Positions 22,689 to 32,698 of a stretch of 64,000 bases of DNA are shown here, piece by piece. Source of the DNA: Kofleriaceae bacterium (lineage in GTDB: Bacteria > Myxococcota_A > Polyangia > Haliangiales > Haliangiaceae); contig CBDCCZ010000003.1 of assembly GCA_965215005.1 (NCBI GenBank), positions 256,001 through 320,000 of the forward strand, given 5' to 3'. The notes below the pieces were generated by a model that worked only from the letters and a program-made list of their open reading frames with translations, was not told the DNA's origin and did no database searches. The stretch's first letter is position 1. Every line of letters starts with the position of its first letter. Both the position numbers and the translations under genes were made by a program.

Positions 22689-23912
22689 ATGCCGCACGTG
22701 CCACGCGATCTCCGAGGTTTGCGGAGCCCGCCCACCGGCGACTCCCGCTGGATCGACCGTTGCAAACGCCACAGTCGAAGGCGCTTGGTTCCGTTGAAGT
22801 ACCCGCAAACCATTGGTGACTATCAAGTCGTTGGCTTCCTGGCGAGTGGTCGCGACTGCGATATCTTGCTCGCGCGCACCAGCGAGCTGCGCCGTTTCCG
22901 CCATACCGTCGCGATCAAGTGGCTGCGCGATCCCTGCGCCGTCGATGGCCCGCGGGCCCGGCTCTTCGTCGAAGAAGCGCTCTTGGCCAGCCGCTTTCAT
23001 CATCCTCACGTTGCCGCCGTGCACGACATTGGCGAGGACGGCGGCCGTTTGTTCATCGCCATGGACTACATCCGCGGCTGGAGCTTGCGCGCGATTGCCA
23101 TGGCCACCCGCCGCTCACCGCGCGCGCTGCCGCTGAGCGTAGCGATGACCATCCTCTATCAGGCGGCCGCAGGGCTGCATCACGTGCACGAAACCGGCGC
23201 CGCCGACGGCCGCGCGATCGTTCACGGCGAGGTCTCGCCAACCAACCTGCTGGTGTCCGACCAGGGCTTTGCCGCCGTGCTCGACTTTGGCGCGGCGGCC
23301 ACGTGGCTCCGCGGCAAGCGCCCCACCGTCTCGCCCGGCGCCGCGGGCTATCTATCTCCCGAGCACGTCCGCGGCGAGCCAATCGATCATCGCGCCGACA
23401 TCTACGCCCTCGGCGTTCTGCTCTACGAGCTCACGTGCGGCACCCAGCTCGCCGGCCGTCACCTGCTCGAGAGTGACGTCCGCCGCGCGATTGTCCGACC
23501 TTCCAAGCTTCGCGATGGCTATCCGCGCATCCTCGAAGACGTTCTCCTCACGTGTCTCGACCGCCGCGCCGACCACCGCTACCAAACCGCGGAAGAGCTG
23601 CAAATCCATCTCGAGCTGGTCGCGAGCCGCATGGGGGTTGGATTATCGCCTATTCGATTGGCTCGCGCCCTGCGCCATCTCTTCCGCCATGAAGGACAAC
23701 TCGAGCACGCCAGTCGGCGCGCTCCTAGCGTTGCCTCTCCTCTTGCCGACAGCGGCAAGACCAGTGTCATGATCGACCGCACCGAAGTAGGTCCCCCGCC
23801 AGCACCGCGGCGACGTCGCTCGACCTCTCCGCCCGCCAATGGCCTCGTTCCGCGTTACAAGCTGTTCGAGAACGGCTTTGGTTGGGGCCGGGCATCGTCC
23901 GAAGGCGATTGA
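22689..23912 (+). CDS. Ser/Thr kinase-like protein, probable pseudokinase (start uncertain)
   Basis: VAIK, DFG and YLSPE present; catalytic loop reads HGEVSPTN and Gly-loop reads LASGRDCDI. Confidence 0.8.
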   Translation: MPHVPRDLRGLRSPPTGDSRWIDRCKRHSRRRLVPLKYPQTIGDYQVVGFLASGRDCDILLARTSELRRFRHTVAIKWLRDPCAVDGPRARLFVEEALLASRFHHPHVAAVHDIGEDGGRLFIAMDYIRGWSLRAIAMATRRSPRALPLSVAMTILYQAAAGLHHVHETGAADGRAIVHGEVSPTNLLVSDQGFAAVLDFGAAATWLRGKRPTVSPGAAGYLSPEHVRGEPIDHRADIYALGVLLYELTCGTQLAGRHLLESDVRRAIVRPSKLRDGYPRILEDVLLTCLDRRADHRYQTAEELQIHLELVASRMGVGLSPIRLARALRHLFRHEGQLEHASRRAPSVASPLADSGKTSVMIDRTEVGPPPAPRRRRSTSPPANGLVPRYKLFENGFGWGRASSEGD

Positions 23913-23937
23913 GGAGCCGCCCTACCGCAGCCGTGGA

Positions 23938-25845
23938 TCACGCAGCGTCTTTGCTGGCGGTGGCGTCGTCGTGGGTGGGATCGAGCCGCTCTTTGGCGAC
24001 GGCCGGCCGCAAGTGAGCAGCTTCGAGGCTGGCACGGGCCACATCAGCGCTGGCGACCGCGATGGCGACGACGAGCCGATCGCCTTTCTGGAGACGGGTG
24101 TCATCGTGAACAGGGCCAACTTCATCTTCGCTGATGAGTAGCAGCGGCAGGATGCCTTCGGCGTCCTCTTCCCCGGAGAAAATTGCCGGCTCGGCCACCG
24201 ATTCCGAGGCGACCCAAGTCTCCAGCAAAACGTCGCCGTTTTCTTGCGCCTCGCTCCACCAGCCCAGCGCCCGCTCCTCATGAAAAAGGATCTTGGCGCC
24301 GCCTTCTCGAGCTGCTTCTTGCGAGAGACCGCCGCTGCGACTATCGAGCGCGATCGCCACATCAACGCCGTGGAACAGCTCTTTCACCCGCCGCGCGAAC
24401 GCATAGTTGATGCTGTCGTTGGCGGTGAGGCCAATGCACCACGCGCTGCGATCGGCGCCGGCGGAACGCAGCGTCACCTCTTCTAAGCCGTTGCCGCAGC
24501 GGGCTTCGATGCCCAGGCCACGCGCATTGACGCAGGCATCGGCATTCGAGTCGACAAGCACGGCAGGATGGCCGGCCTTGCGGAACAGCTGAGCCAAGAG
24601 CACTCCGAGCGGATTGGCGCCGAGGATGAGCGCGCCGCGCCGAGGCCGACTGACCCCGAGCAGCCGGGCGACCACACCGCTCGTGAGGCCTTGAAGCGTC
24701 ACCGTGCACGCGATGACCAGAAACACCAGCGCCTTGAGCTGCTCGCCGCCCTCGATACCGACGCGGCCGAGCTCGATAGCGAACAGGGATGCCACCGCGG
24801 CGGCCACGATCCCGCGCGGCGCTAGCCACGAAAGAAATAGCTTCTCCCGCAGCGACAGCCCGGTGCCCCAGGTGCAGATCGCGACGCAAATCGGTCGCAC
24901 GACGAAAGCCAGGGTGACGACCGTTGCGACGCCCGGCCAACCCAGCTGCTCGACATCGGCCAAGCGGACGTCGGCAGCCAAGAGCACGAATAGAGTCGCA
25001 ACTAGGAGCACCGTGAGTTGCTCTTTGAACGTGACGATTTCCCGCAGCGCATGGCTCCGCGAATTTCCCACCACCATGCCCGCAGCAATTGCCGCCGCGA
25101 TGCCGCTTTCATGGACAATCGCGTCGCTGAGCTCGAACGCCAATACCGCCACCGCGAGCGCGAGCACGTTGTGCAGCCCCGGTGGCACCAGGCGCGGTTT
25201 GCGCAGCAGCGCGGCGAGAGCAAGCCCCATCACGCCGCCCACCGCCATGCCGGTCGCTGGGCCAAGCACGATGGACGCGAGCCCAAGCCCCACCTCGCTG
25301 CGGGTCTGAGCAATCGTAACCTCCAGCGCCACGACAGCGATCGTGGCTCCGACCGCATCGATGAAGATGCCCTCCGCTTCGAGAATGGTGGCGACTCGCT
25401 CGTCGAGCCGAATCCGCCGGATGAGCGGCGTTACGACAGTGGGGCCGGTGACGATGACCAACGTGCCGAACAGCACCGCCAGACGCCAGCCCCAGGGCAT
25501 CCACAGCACCGCCGCCAACGCGCCGCCGATCGCGGTGACCACCGCTCCCACGGTGACCAGACGGCGAATCGGGCTCGCCTGCTCGCGCAACACCGACAGC
25601 TTTAGATTGAGGCCACCTTCAAAGAGAATGACTGCCACCGCGACGCCGACGATGCCCGACATGCCACTGCCGAGCGTCTCCGGGCGAATTAGATTGGCGA
25701 AGTCGGGGCCGAGCAGCACCCCAACGGCGAGGAGGAGCACGATGCCAGGTATCGCCATGTGGCGCGCGAGCCCTTGCGCAATGACGCCAACCGCCATTGC
25801 CGTGGCGAACACCAGCGTAGGGCTGTCGAAAAGTCCATGAAGCAC
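23938..25845 (-). CDS. Cation:proton antiporter (NhaP/CPA1) with TrkA-N (RCK) domain
   Basis: ILFEGG, TGPTVV, EGIFIDAVG and PRGIVAA motifs; ILGANPLG nucleotide-binding motif; GTG start inferred. Confidence 0.9.
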   Translation of the reverse strand: MLHGLFDSPTLVFATAMAVGVIAQGLARHMAIPGIVLLLAVGVLLGPDFANLIRPETLGSGMSGIVGVAVAVILFEGGLNLKLSVLREQASPIRRLVTVGAVVTAIGGALAAVLWMPWGWRLAVLFGTLVIVTGPTVVTPLIRRIRLDERVATILEAEGIFIDAVGATIAVVALEVTIAQTRSEVGLGLASIVLGPATGMAVGGVMGLALAALLRKPRLVPPGLHNVLALAVAVLAFELSDAIVHESGIAAAIAAGMVVGNSRSHALREIVTFKEQLTVLLVATLFVLLAADVRLADVEQLGWPGVATVVTLAFVVRPICVAICTWGTGLSLREKLFLSWLAPRGIVAAAVASLFAIELGRVGIEGGEQLKALVFLVIACTVTLQGLTSGVVARLLGVSRPRRGALILGANPLGVLLAQLFRKAGHPAVLVDSNADACVNARGLGIEARCGNGLEEVTLRSAGADRSAWCIGLTANDSINYAFARRVKELFHGVDVAIALDSRSGGLSQEAAREGGAKILFHEERALGWWSEAQENGDVLLETWVASESVAEPAIFSGEEDAEGILPLLLISEDEVGPVHDDTRLQKGDRLVVAIAVASADVARASLEAAHLRPAVAKERLDPTHDDATASKDAA

Positions 25846-26059
25846 CGGCAGAGCATGACGCGAGCCGCTTCCGCATGCAGCAGGAAAGCCGCTCAATCGA
25901 CCAGCGCTCGTGGCCGAGCCGAGCGCGCCCCTCGCAAAGAAGCCGTGGATGGGGGAGACGCCATTAGGCAGGCTCGGGCAGCGTCGTCGGCCACCCTCGC
26001 CTCGCATCCGCGCCGCCGGCAACCGCGGTGGGCTCAGCGGCGGCGTGCCCAGCTGGCGA

Positions 26060-29000
26060 TCAAAAGCCGGGGACGATGACCCGAAGCATTCGGTCCGGCG
26101 CCGCCACACCTTCGACCGCAAGCCGCCGCAGCGCCGCGGCGCGCAGCTCCTCGCCCTCGTCGCCACCGACGATGCCGGCAAGCCGCAGCCGCGCCAGGTC
26201 TGCCGCCAGGTGCATCTCTCGGCTTTCCGCGAGCTCCATCGCTTGGCGGAGCCTGTCGCACGCGCGCGACGCATCGCCTTCCTGATGCGCCAGAGCCGCC
26301 TCGAGTAGCCCCCGCCAGACCCGAGCGTAGCTCTCTTTCTCGCGCGCCAGAAGCCGGATGCTCTTGGTCACCTCGCGGCGCATCGTGCTCGGCTCGTGCC
26401 CCGCTGCGGCCGCCGCCAGCCGCAGCCGCGCTTGCAGCCAATGATGCAGCGTGCGCGGCATTTTCACCCGCATCAAGAGTGAGCTTCCCATCGCTTTAGA
26501 ACCCGTAGAAAGCGCTTCCAACGCACCAACGGCGAGATCTTCGTAAAGCGCGAGCTCGCCGCGCGCCTCGAGCTCGAACCAGTGCTGCACGTGAAAGTGT
26601 CCCTCGAGCGGCAGCCAGTCGGCTTGCGCAAGGTTGAGGTGCGCGGCGGCGGCCTCATCGCGCGCGAGCCAAAGCTCACTGCAGTAGCGGCGAATGGTGG
26701 TCTCGGTATAGCGATCGCCGCGCTGCGCCGCGTCGCGCACCATCTGCTCGAAAGTGGCTCCGAGCTCGCGCATCGACCCCATCCGACGGAGCGCGAACAA
26801 CCGAAACATACGCACCTGACCGATCTCCCAAGGAGCGCCGCGGGTCTCGCTGCTGAGCAGCGACAAGCTGCGATCGAACGTCCGCACCGCCTCGCCGAAG
26901 CTACCTTCGAAATAATGCAGCGCGCCCCAACATGCATCGGTCCACGCGCGGATGTACGGATCATGGTTCTCATCTGACAGTCGCTCGGCGACGCGGGCAA
27001 TGCGCCGAGCTCGACGAAATTGCCCCTGGGCCGCCATGTGGCCAAACTCCAGCGCCAACGCCCGGGCGACCCGCTTGACCTCCCCGGTGCGAAGCGCCCA
27101 CAACAGATCACGGGTGTTGAAGTCCGAGCCGCGAATCGAGTCGACCATCGATAGCCCTTGGCTAATCGACTTGAGCACGTCGACGCGCATGAGCTCCTCG
27201 CGCGCCACTTGGCTCTCGAGACGAGGCTTGAATTTCAGCCCTCGCAGGCGCAGCTTGAGGCGATTCCACAACAGAGACGTGAAGGCGCGGCCAGCGGTCT
27301 TTGGTAAGTAGACGCCCATCTCCACCAACAGCGAGTCCATGGTGTCGAGACCGCGTTCGATGTGGCCACTGATCATCAGCTGCTCGGCCGCCAGTCGCCG
27401 GCACTCCATGCGCGTGGTCGGCTCGGCGCCCTCGGCCGCCGCCAAGAAACAATCGGCGGCCTCAGGTCCGCGCGCCGCGTTGAGCAGCGCATCGCCGAGC
27501 GCCAGCTGCAACGCCCGTAGCGCCGGCCCCTGCGGCTCACTCAATCGCAGCGCGGTGCGATACAGCTGAGCGGCACGATCGAACGCCAAGGCTCTCGCAG
27601 CATGCGCTGCGGCGCGTTCCGCGTAATCCGCCGCTTTCAATCGCTGCCCCGCGGCCTCGAGGTGACGCACTAGCAACTCCGGGCGCTGATCCTCGACCTC
27701 GAGCGCAGCCGCTAGCATTTCGTGCCGCGCGCAGCGCTGCCGGTCATCAAGATGCGATATCACCGCTTCGAGCACGCGGTCGTGATATGGCTCGACCGCA
27801 TTGCCACTGCCGTAGGCGCGCATTCGCACCAGGTGCGCCACCCGCAACAGCGAGAGTCCCTTCTGAAAGTCTTGCGGCGGCAACTTGGTGGCGCGCCGCA
27901 GGACCTCTTGCGACAGCGGCGCGCCAGCCACAGAAATCGACTCGAGGATCAGCTTTGCGCTGGGTGGCAAGCCCTGCACGCGACTCCAGATCGCCTCATC
28001 GAGCCGCACCGGCGCCGTGCCATCTCCCGTCGATGCCACTCGATGTACGAGCTCTGCGATGAACAATGGATGGCCTTCCGCTTCCCGCGCGATCGCGGCG
28101 GCATCGGAATCACTGCTGATACCGCTGCGCAAAAGCAGGGCCCGCGCCAGCTCCAGCGCGCTCTGCGGTACCAGTGCACGAACCTCGAGCTCGCGCACCG
28201 GTGGCGGCAGCACGCGCGCGAGTCGACCGCGTACCTGCTCGAGCGTATGTCCTTCGTCGATGCGCGCGGTGAGCACCAGAAGCAGGCGCGGTGGATCGGG
28301 AGGTCGCAATAGCTCGCGTAGCAGCGCCAGGCTATCGGCATCGGCCCATTGCACATCGTCGATGACGATCATCAGCAAAGAGACTGTGCCGAGGTTGCTC
28401 ATGAGCCGGCGCACCGCTGCGAAGATCCTGCCGCGAAGCTCCTGACTGCCACCGACCTCGAGTCCCGTTCGCGCCCGCGCAATGGCTTCAACCCGTCCGA
28501 GCACCGGAAACATCCGCCGCGCCAGCGCGATCTCGGCAGGCATCACCGCGGCTACGCGGCTATCGTCGAGCGTTCGCAGGTGCTTTGAAAGAGCATCTAT
28601 CACCCCATCGAACGCTTTATAGGGCAAGGCCTCCCGCTCATAACAGCGGCCACTGAGTACCACCACGGCCGGATCGCTAGTGGCGGCTTCGTCGGCAAAC
28701 TTGCGCACCAGCGCCGACTTACCCAAACCAGAAGCACCATGCACCAGCATCGCTGCGCCGCCGCCCCCACGTACTTCGGCCAGCGCTTCGGCCAGCGCCT
28801 TCGCTTCGTGGGTTCTGCCGATGAACGGGGCGTTCATCGACAGGTGTGGAGCTGCCAGAGCTGCTCGTGCCTCGGCTTCGGTGGCTCCCAGACGCTGCAT
28901 GATCGAGCGCTCGGGCGGCCGCTCGCGCGGATCGTACTTGAGCAGCTCGCAACACAGCGACTCGAGATCGTCCGGCAGGTTCGGCACGTGGGAACGCGGC

Positions 29001-29692
29001 GGCGCCGGCACGTGCTGTTGCTTGTCCATCAAGATCTCCAGCACGCTGCCGGTGAACGGCAGGCGGCCCGTGAGTGCCTGATAGAGCAATACGCCCGCTC
29101 CGTACCAATCGACCTCGGGCCCCACCGCCTTGGAAGCCGCTTGCTCTGGCGCCATGTATTCGGCGGTGCCCACCGCGCTACCGTCCGCCGATTGGCGCTC
29201 GAGATCGACCTCGGTGCTGAGACCGAAGTCGAGCAGCACCACACGACCGCTGCTGCTCACCAAGATATTCGACGGCTTGATATCGCGATGAACGGTGCCG
29301 GCGCGATGCAGGGCCGAGAGGCCGAGCGCGAGCTGGCGCAGCGCATCGCGCAGCCGACGCTCATCGAGAACCTGATCAGGACGGACGTAGGAGAGAAAAT
29401 CCACGCCTTCCACCAGCTCCATGGTGAAGAACCAGGCGTGGCCGCTTTGAATCAGCTCGCCCAAGCTCACGAGGTTGGCGTGCTCGAGATCCTGAAGCGT
29501 GCGAAATTCTTTCTTGAGGCGATAGAGCGACTGAGCGTCTACGTTGTGAAGCGTCTTTAAGGCGACGCGCGCCTCCTGGGCGCGGTCGAATACCTCGTAA
29601 ACGACGCCCATCCCGCCAGCGCCGAGCCGACGAATGACCTCGAAGCGCTCCGTCCCTTGAAAGTCGAATGAGGCGTGTGGATTGCCAAGCAC
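26060..29692 (-). CDS. Ser/Thr kinase fused to AAA ATPase and helical repeat region
   Basis: LGAGGMG, HRDIKPSN, DFG, YMAPE; Walker A GASGLGKS and Walker B IDDVQW. Confidence 0.93.
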   Translation of the reverse strand: MLGNPHASFDFQGTERFEVIRRLGAGGMGVVYEVFDRAQEARVALKTLHNVDAQSLYRLKKEFRTLQDLEHANLVSLGELIQSGHAWFFTMELVEGVDFLSYVRPDQVLDERRLRDALRQLALGLSALHRAGTVHRDIKPSNILVSSSGRVVLLDFGLSTEVDLERQSADGSAVGTAEYMAPEQAASKAVGPEVDWYGAGVLLYQALTGRLPFTGSVLEILMDKQQHVPAPPRSHVPNLPDDLESLCCELLKYDPRERPPERSIMQRLGATEAEARAALAAPHLSMNAPFIGRTHEAKALAEALAEVRGGGGAAMLVHGASGLGKSALVRKFADEAATSDPAVVVLSGRCYEREALPYKAFDGVIDALSKHLRTLDDSRVAAVMPAEIALARRMFPVLGRVEAIARARTGLEVGGSQELRGRIFAAVRRLMSNLGTVSLLMIVIDDVQWADADSLALLRELLRPPDPPRLLLVLTARIDEGHTLEQVRGRLARVLPPPVRELEVRALVPQSALELARALLLRSGISSDSDAAAIAREAEGHPLFIAELVHRVASTGDGTAPVRLDEAIWSRVQGLPPSAKLILESISVAGAPLSQEVLRRATKLPPQDFQKGLSLLRVAHLVRMRAYGSGNAVEPYHDRVLEAVISHLDDRQRCARHEMLAAALEVEDQRPELLVRHLEAAGQRLKAADYAERAAAHAARALAFDRAAQLYRTALRLSEPQGPALRALQLALGDALLNAARGPEAADCFLAAAEGAEPTTRMECRRLAAEQLMISGHIERGLDTMDSLLVEMGVYLPKTAGRAFTSLLWNRLKLRLRGLKFKPRLESQVAREELMRVDVLKSISQGLSMVDSIRGSDFNTRDLLWALRTGEVKRVARALALEFGHMAAQGQFRRARRIARVAERLSDENHDPYIRAWTDACWGALHYFEGSFGEAVRTFDRSLSLLSSETRGAPWEIGQVRMFRLFALRRMGSMRELGATFEQMVRDAAQRGDRYTETTIRRYCSELWLARDEAAAAHLNLAQADWLPLEGHFHVQHWFELEARGELALYEDLAVGALEALSTGSKAMGSSLLMRVKMPRTLHHWLQARLRLAAAAAGHEPSTMRREVTKSIRLLAREKESYARVWRGLLEAALAHQEGDASRACDRLRQAMELAESREMHLAADLARLRLAGIVGGDEGEELRAAALRRLAVEGVAAPDRMLRVIVPGF

Positions 29693-29818
29693 AGCGAGTC
29701 CTTCGCCACGTCTCCACCCGCTGCTTCCCCCAATCGCGAGTGTACCTCATGGAGCGGTTGCCCTGTGAGACCCTCTTCAGAAGGGTCTATGGGCAAATGA
29801 GCGAGAATGTCGGAGGCG

Positions 29819-30031
29819 TCAAACCAACGGGTCTGCGGTGGGCAGCGTCCCCGCGGCCGTCTTCGCGCTGTACAGGTCGACCAGCTGTTCCTCGAGGCTA
29901 CGCACCATCGCGATGATGCGCTCGGCATCGGCCGTGCCTAGCACCCGAGCCAAGCGTTCTCGCTCGGCATAGAGACAGGTGAGCTGGGCCTCCATGTCAC
30001 CGCGATCTGCGGGCGGATTCTCGTGCGGCAT
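29819..30031 (-). CDS. Small helical protein with duplicated E.QL..LY motif (70 aa)
   Basis: MEAQLTCLYAER and LEEQLVDLYSAK internal repeats; divergent from the HTH-PYP gene. Confidence 0.7.
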   Translation of the reverse strand: MPHENPPADRGDMEAQLTCLYAERERLARVLGTADAERIIAMVRSLEEQLVDLYSAKTAAGTLPTADPLV

Positions 30032-30078
30032 CAACTGGCCAACGCTAGCACTAGTGCGCTACAAAGACGAGAGGCGAA

Positions 30079-30606
30079 ATGGACGATTTACTCACAACCC
30101 AGGAAGTGGCGAAGCTACTCGGCGTTGGCACCACCAGCATCAAGCGGTGGTCCGACGAAGGGAAGCTCCCGGCTTTCAAGACCGCCGGAGGACACCGCCG
30201 TTACCGCCGCGAGGACGTGGAAAAACTGCTACAGCACGCCACCGAGGACGAGGCCCTCCACGCGCGCCTGTCCGGGATGAGTCGCCGCGAAATCGACGCG
30301 TTAGCAGTGGGAGTCGTGCAGCTCGACGATGCCGGAATGGTGCTGCTCTACAACGCCGCAGAGGCGCGGTTTGCCGGTATTTCGGCCGAGGAAGCCGAGG
30401 GCAAGTGCTTCTTCACCGAAGTGGCACCTTGTACCAACAATCGGATTTTGATGGGGCGGTTTCGCGAAGGAATCCGGATCGGCCAACTCGACGCCCGGAT
30501 CGACTACACGTTTACCTATCGCATGCGGCCTACATTCGTCGCCTTGCACCTGTACCGAGATCCGCAGAGTCAGACCAACTGGCTGATCGTCGACCCGCGG
30601 CTCTAG
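30079..30606 (+). CDS. MerR/excisionase-type HTH fused to a photoactive yellow protein (PYP) domain
   Basis: N-terminal [13 protein letters not shown]...IKRW...TAGGHRRY; C-terminal YNAAE and FFTEVAPCT (PYP Y42/E46/C69 equivalents), [19 protein letters not shown]. Confidence 0.88.
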   Translation: MDDLLTTQEVAKLLGVGTTSIKRWSDEGKLPAFKTAGGHRRYRREDVEKLLQHATEDEALHARLSGMSRREIDALAVGVVQLDDAGMVLLYNAAEARFAGISAEEAEGKCFFTEVAPCTNNRILMGRFREGIRIGQLDARIDYTFTYRMRPTFVALHLYRDPQSQTNWLIVDPRL

Positions 30607-31077
30607 GGACGGGCTAAGTGAAGTCCACAGCGCCTTGCCGTGGAGCAGTGCGGTCGCGGGCTGAGAATCTGGCCTGAGCCGACTCGCCTCCATAGGCACG
30701 CAACGATAGGCGGTCGACCGGCCAACATCACTGCACGCACGCGGCCAGCTGCGCCACGGCAACGTCATGGTCGAGATAGTCGTTCCCGAAGTCGCTTCGC
30801 AGGCCATTATGAGCTCATCGCGGTGCTTGCTCGCGAACCAACGTTGAGGAGCCGTGAGCTGCGGCAGAGCCAGAAAATTGGCCCTACCGCTCGGTATCGT
30901 ACGCCGATCCGACCCGTGCGCGCTCACTTAGAAGAACGCGTCACAGCAGCTCCCCGGAATTGAGCACGCCGCGTCACCTTCGTACATGAACCGCAGCAGG
31001 TGCAACGGCGGCCGACGCCCCCGAGCACCGGGCGCGCTATCTGGCCTCCGCGAAGCCGCGTGGCCAAGCGCAAACCG

Positions 31078-32412
31078 CTAGCGCGAATTCGCGCGCGGCC
31101 GCGGAATGGAATACTTCTCGAGCCGCCGCACGAGCATGCGACGGGTCATGCCGAGCATTTGCGCCGCGCGAGTCTGGTTGCCAGCACAATGATCGAGCGC
31201 GGCGACGATGCGCGTTTTCTCGCTGCCACCGATTGGTAGCCGCGCCTCCGCAGGCAGCGACACCGATGGCTCCTCGCCGCGCGCGGCGCCTGCGGTCAAG
31301 GGATCGAGGGCCACGTGATGGGCCTCGATGGGCCCGCCGCCGGAAAACGCGACTGCGCGCTCCATGGCATTGCGCAGCTCGCGAATGTTTCCCGGCCAGC
31401 TGTGGCTGCGAAGCAGCGCCATCGCAGTCGGCGTGATGGTCGGTGCCGGAACCCCGGCGCGATTGGCAGCACGTTCGGCGAGCGCGGTGGCGAGCGGCGC
31501 GAGGTCGCCGGGACGCTCACGCAGCGGCGGGATCACGATTGAGACGCCGTTGATGCGAAAGTAGAGGTCGCGGCGGAACCGGCCATCGCGCACGTCTGCC
31601 GGCAAATCGCGATTGGTAGCCGAAATGAACCGCACGTCGATGGGGATCGACGTGCGACCGCCGATGCGCATCACCCGACGCTCCTCGAGCACCCGCAACA
31701 GCTTCACTTGCAGCGACAGCGGCAGCTCGCCTATCTCATCCAGGAAAACCGTGCCGCCCGAGGCTGCTTCGAGTAGTCCGGCGCGGGTTTGCTGGGCACC
31801 GGTGAAGGCGCCGCGTTCGTGGCCAAACAGCTCGCTCTCGAGCAACGTCTCGACCAGCGCGCCGCAGTTGATGGACATGAAGGTGTGATCACGACGCGGA
31901 GACAGGGCATGGGCGCGACGCGCAAAGACGTCTTTGCCGGCACCACTCTCGCCGAGCAGTAGCAGGCTCAGCTCCGAAGGGGCTAGCCGCGCGACCATCT
32001 CGTCGACGCGCAACGTTCGCTCATCGACGATGATCGGTGCCTCGCTCGGCTGCTCGCGCCGATGATCGAGACGCGCGAGCAACCGCAAGCTCGCAGCGCC
32101 GATCAACAGCTCGTCGCCTTCGCGCACCACGTGCGGCGCCCGGGGCTCGAGCGCTTTGGCATCTGCCAACGGCGCGGTGACGGTGGCGTTGCCAAGCTCG
32201 CAGTCCGTTGCCGCCATCAGCGTTCCGTTGCGACTTCCGCAGTCGACGATCTGCAGCGGCTGCCCGAGAATGAGCTCGGCGTGCAGACGCGAGACGCTCG
32301 GATCCCCGAGCAGACGGATGTCACTTTGCGGCCCGCGACCGATACGCAAACGACCCTCGCTGGGCAAAGACACGTGCCAAGAACGACCTTGATGACGAAC
32401 AGCTAATAGCAT
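31078..32412 (-). CDS. FHA-domain sigma54-dependent transcriptional activator
   Basis: GR...VSRLHA...SRNGT FHA; GESGAGKD, GAFTGA, WPGNIREL and HTH. Confidence 0.93.
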   Translation of the reverse strand: MLLAVRHQGRSWHVSLPSEGRLRIGRGPQSDIRLLGDPSVSRLHAELILGQPLQIVDCGSRNGTLMAATDCELGNATVTAPLADAKALEPRAPHVVREGDELLIGAASLRLLARLDHRREQPSEAPIIVDERTLRVDEMVARLAPSELSLLLLGESGAGKDVFARRAHALSPRRDHTFMSINCGALVETLLESELFGHERGAFTGAQQTRAGLLEAASGGTVFLDEIGELPLSLQVKLLRVLEERRVMRIGGRTSIPIDVRFISATNRDLPADVRDGRFRRDLYFRINGVSIVIPPLRERPGDLAPLATALAERAANRAGVPAPTITPTAMALLRSHSWPGNIRELRNAMERAVAFSGGGPIEAHHVALDPLTAGAARGEEPSVSLPAEARLPIGGSEKTRIVAALDHCAGNQTRAAQMLGMTRRMLVRRLEKYSIPRPRANSR

Positions 32413-32500
32413 GAGGTTCCTCTCGTGCCCGACCTGCTCGACGCGTGCGCTCGAGCCCAAAATAGTGCCAGCGCGACAGTGATGAGCGGCAGGGCTGGAG

Positions 32501-32698
32501 CGCGGCGGTGAGAACGGCTCGTGGCGCTATGAGAACGCCGGAACAAAGGCCGCGTGCAGACGTAAGAGCGACCACTGCCGCGTCGTCAACGCTTGGCTGG
32601 CCGCCGACGATGGTGGAGTCCGCGGGGGCGGCCGGTACGGCAACCAGCGCGACCGTTGCACCAATGAAAGCAACTATGAGAACTCGAGGAAGCTGCAT
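32501..32698 (-). pseudogene. N-terminal fragment of a secreted S1 (trypsin-like) protease
   Basis: Signal peptide, IVGG, CSGVLIAPRAVLTAA; similarity stops where the catalytic His (TAAHC) is expected. Confidence 0.7.

Noticed and set aside
30615..30860. Minus-strand frame containing DHDVAVAQLA, reminiscent of the trypsin catalytic Asp motif
   Set aside because: Frame has two internal stops and no GDSGG motif; match too short to support.
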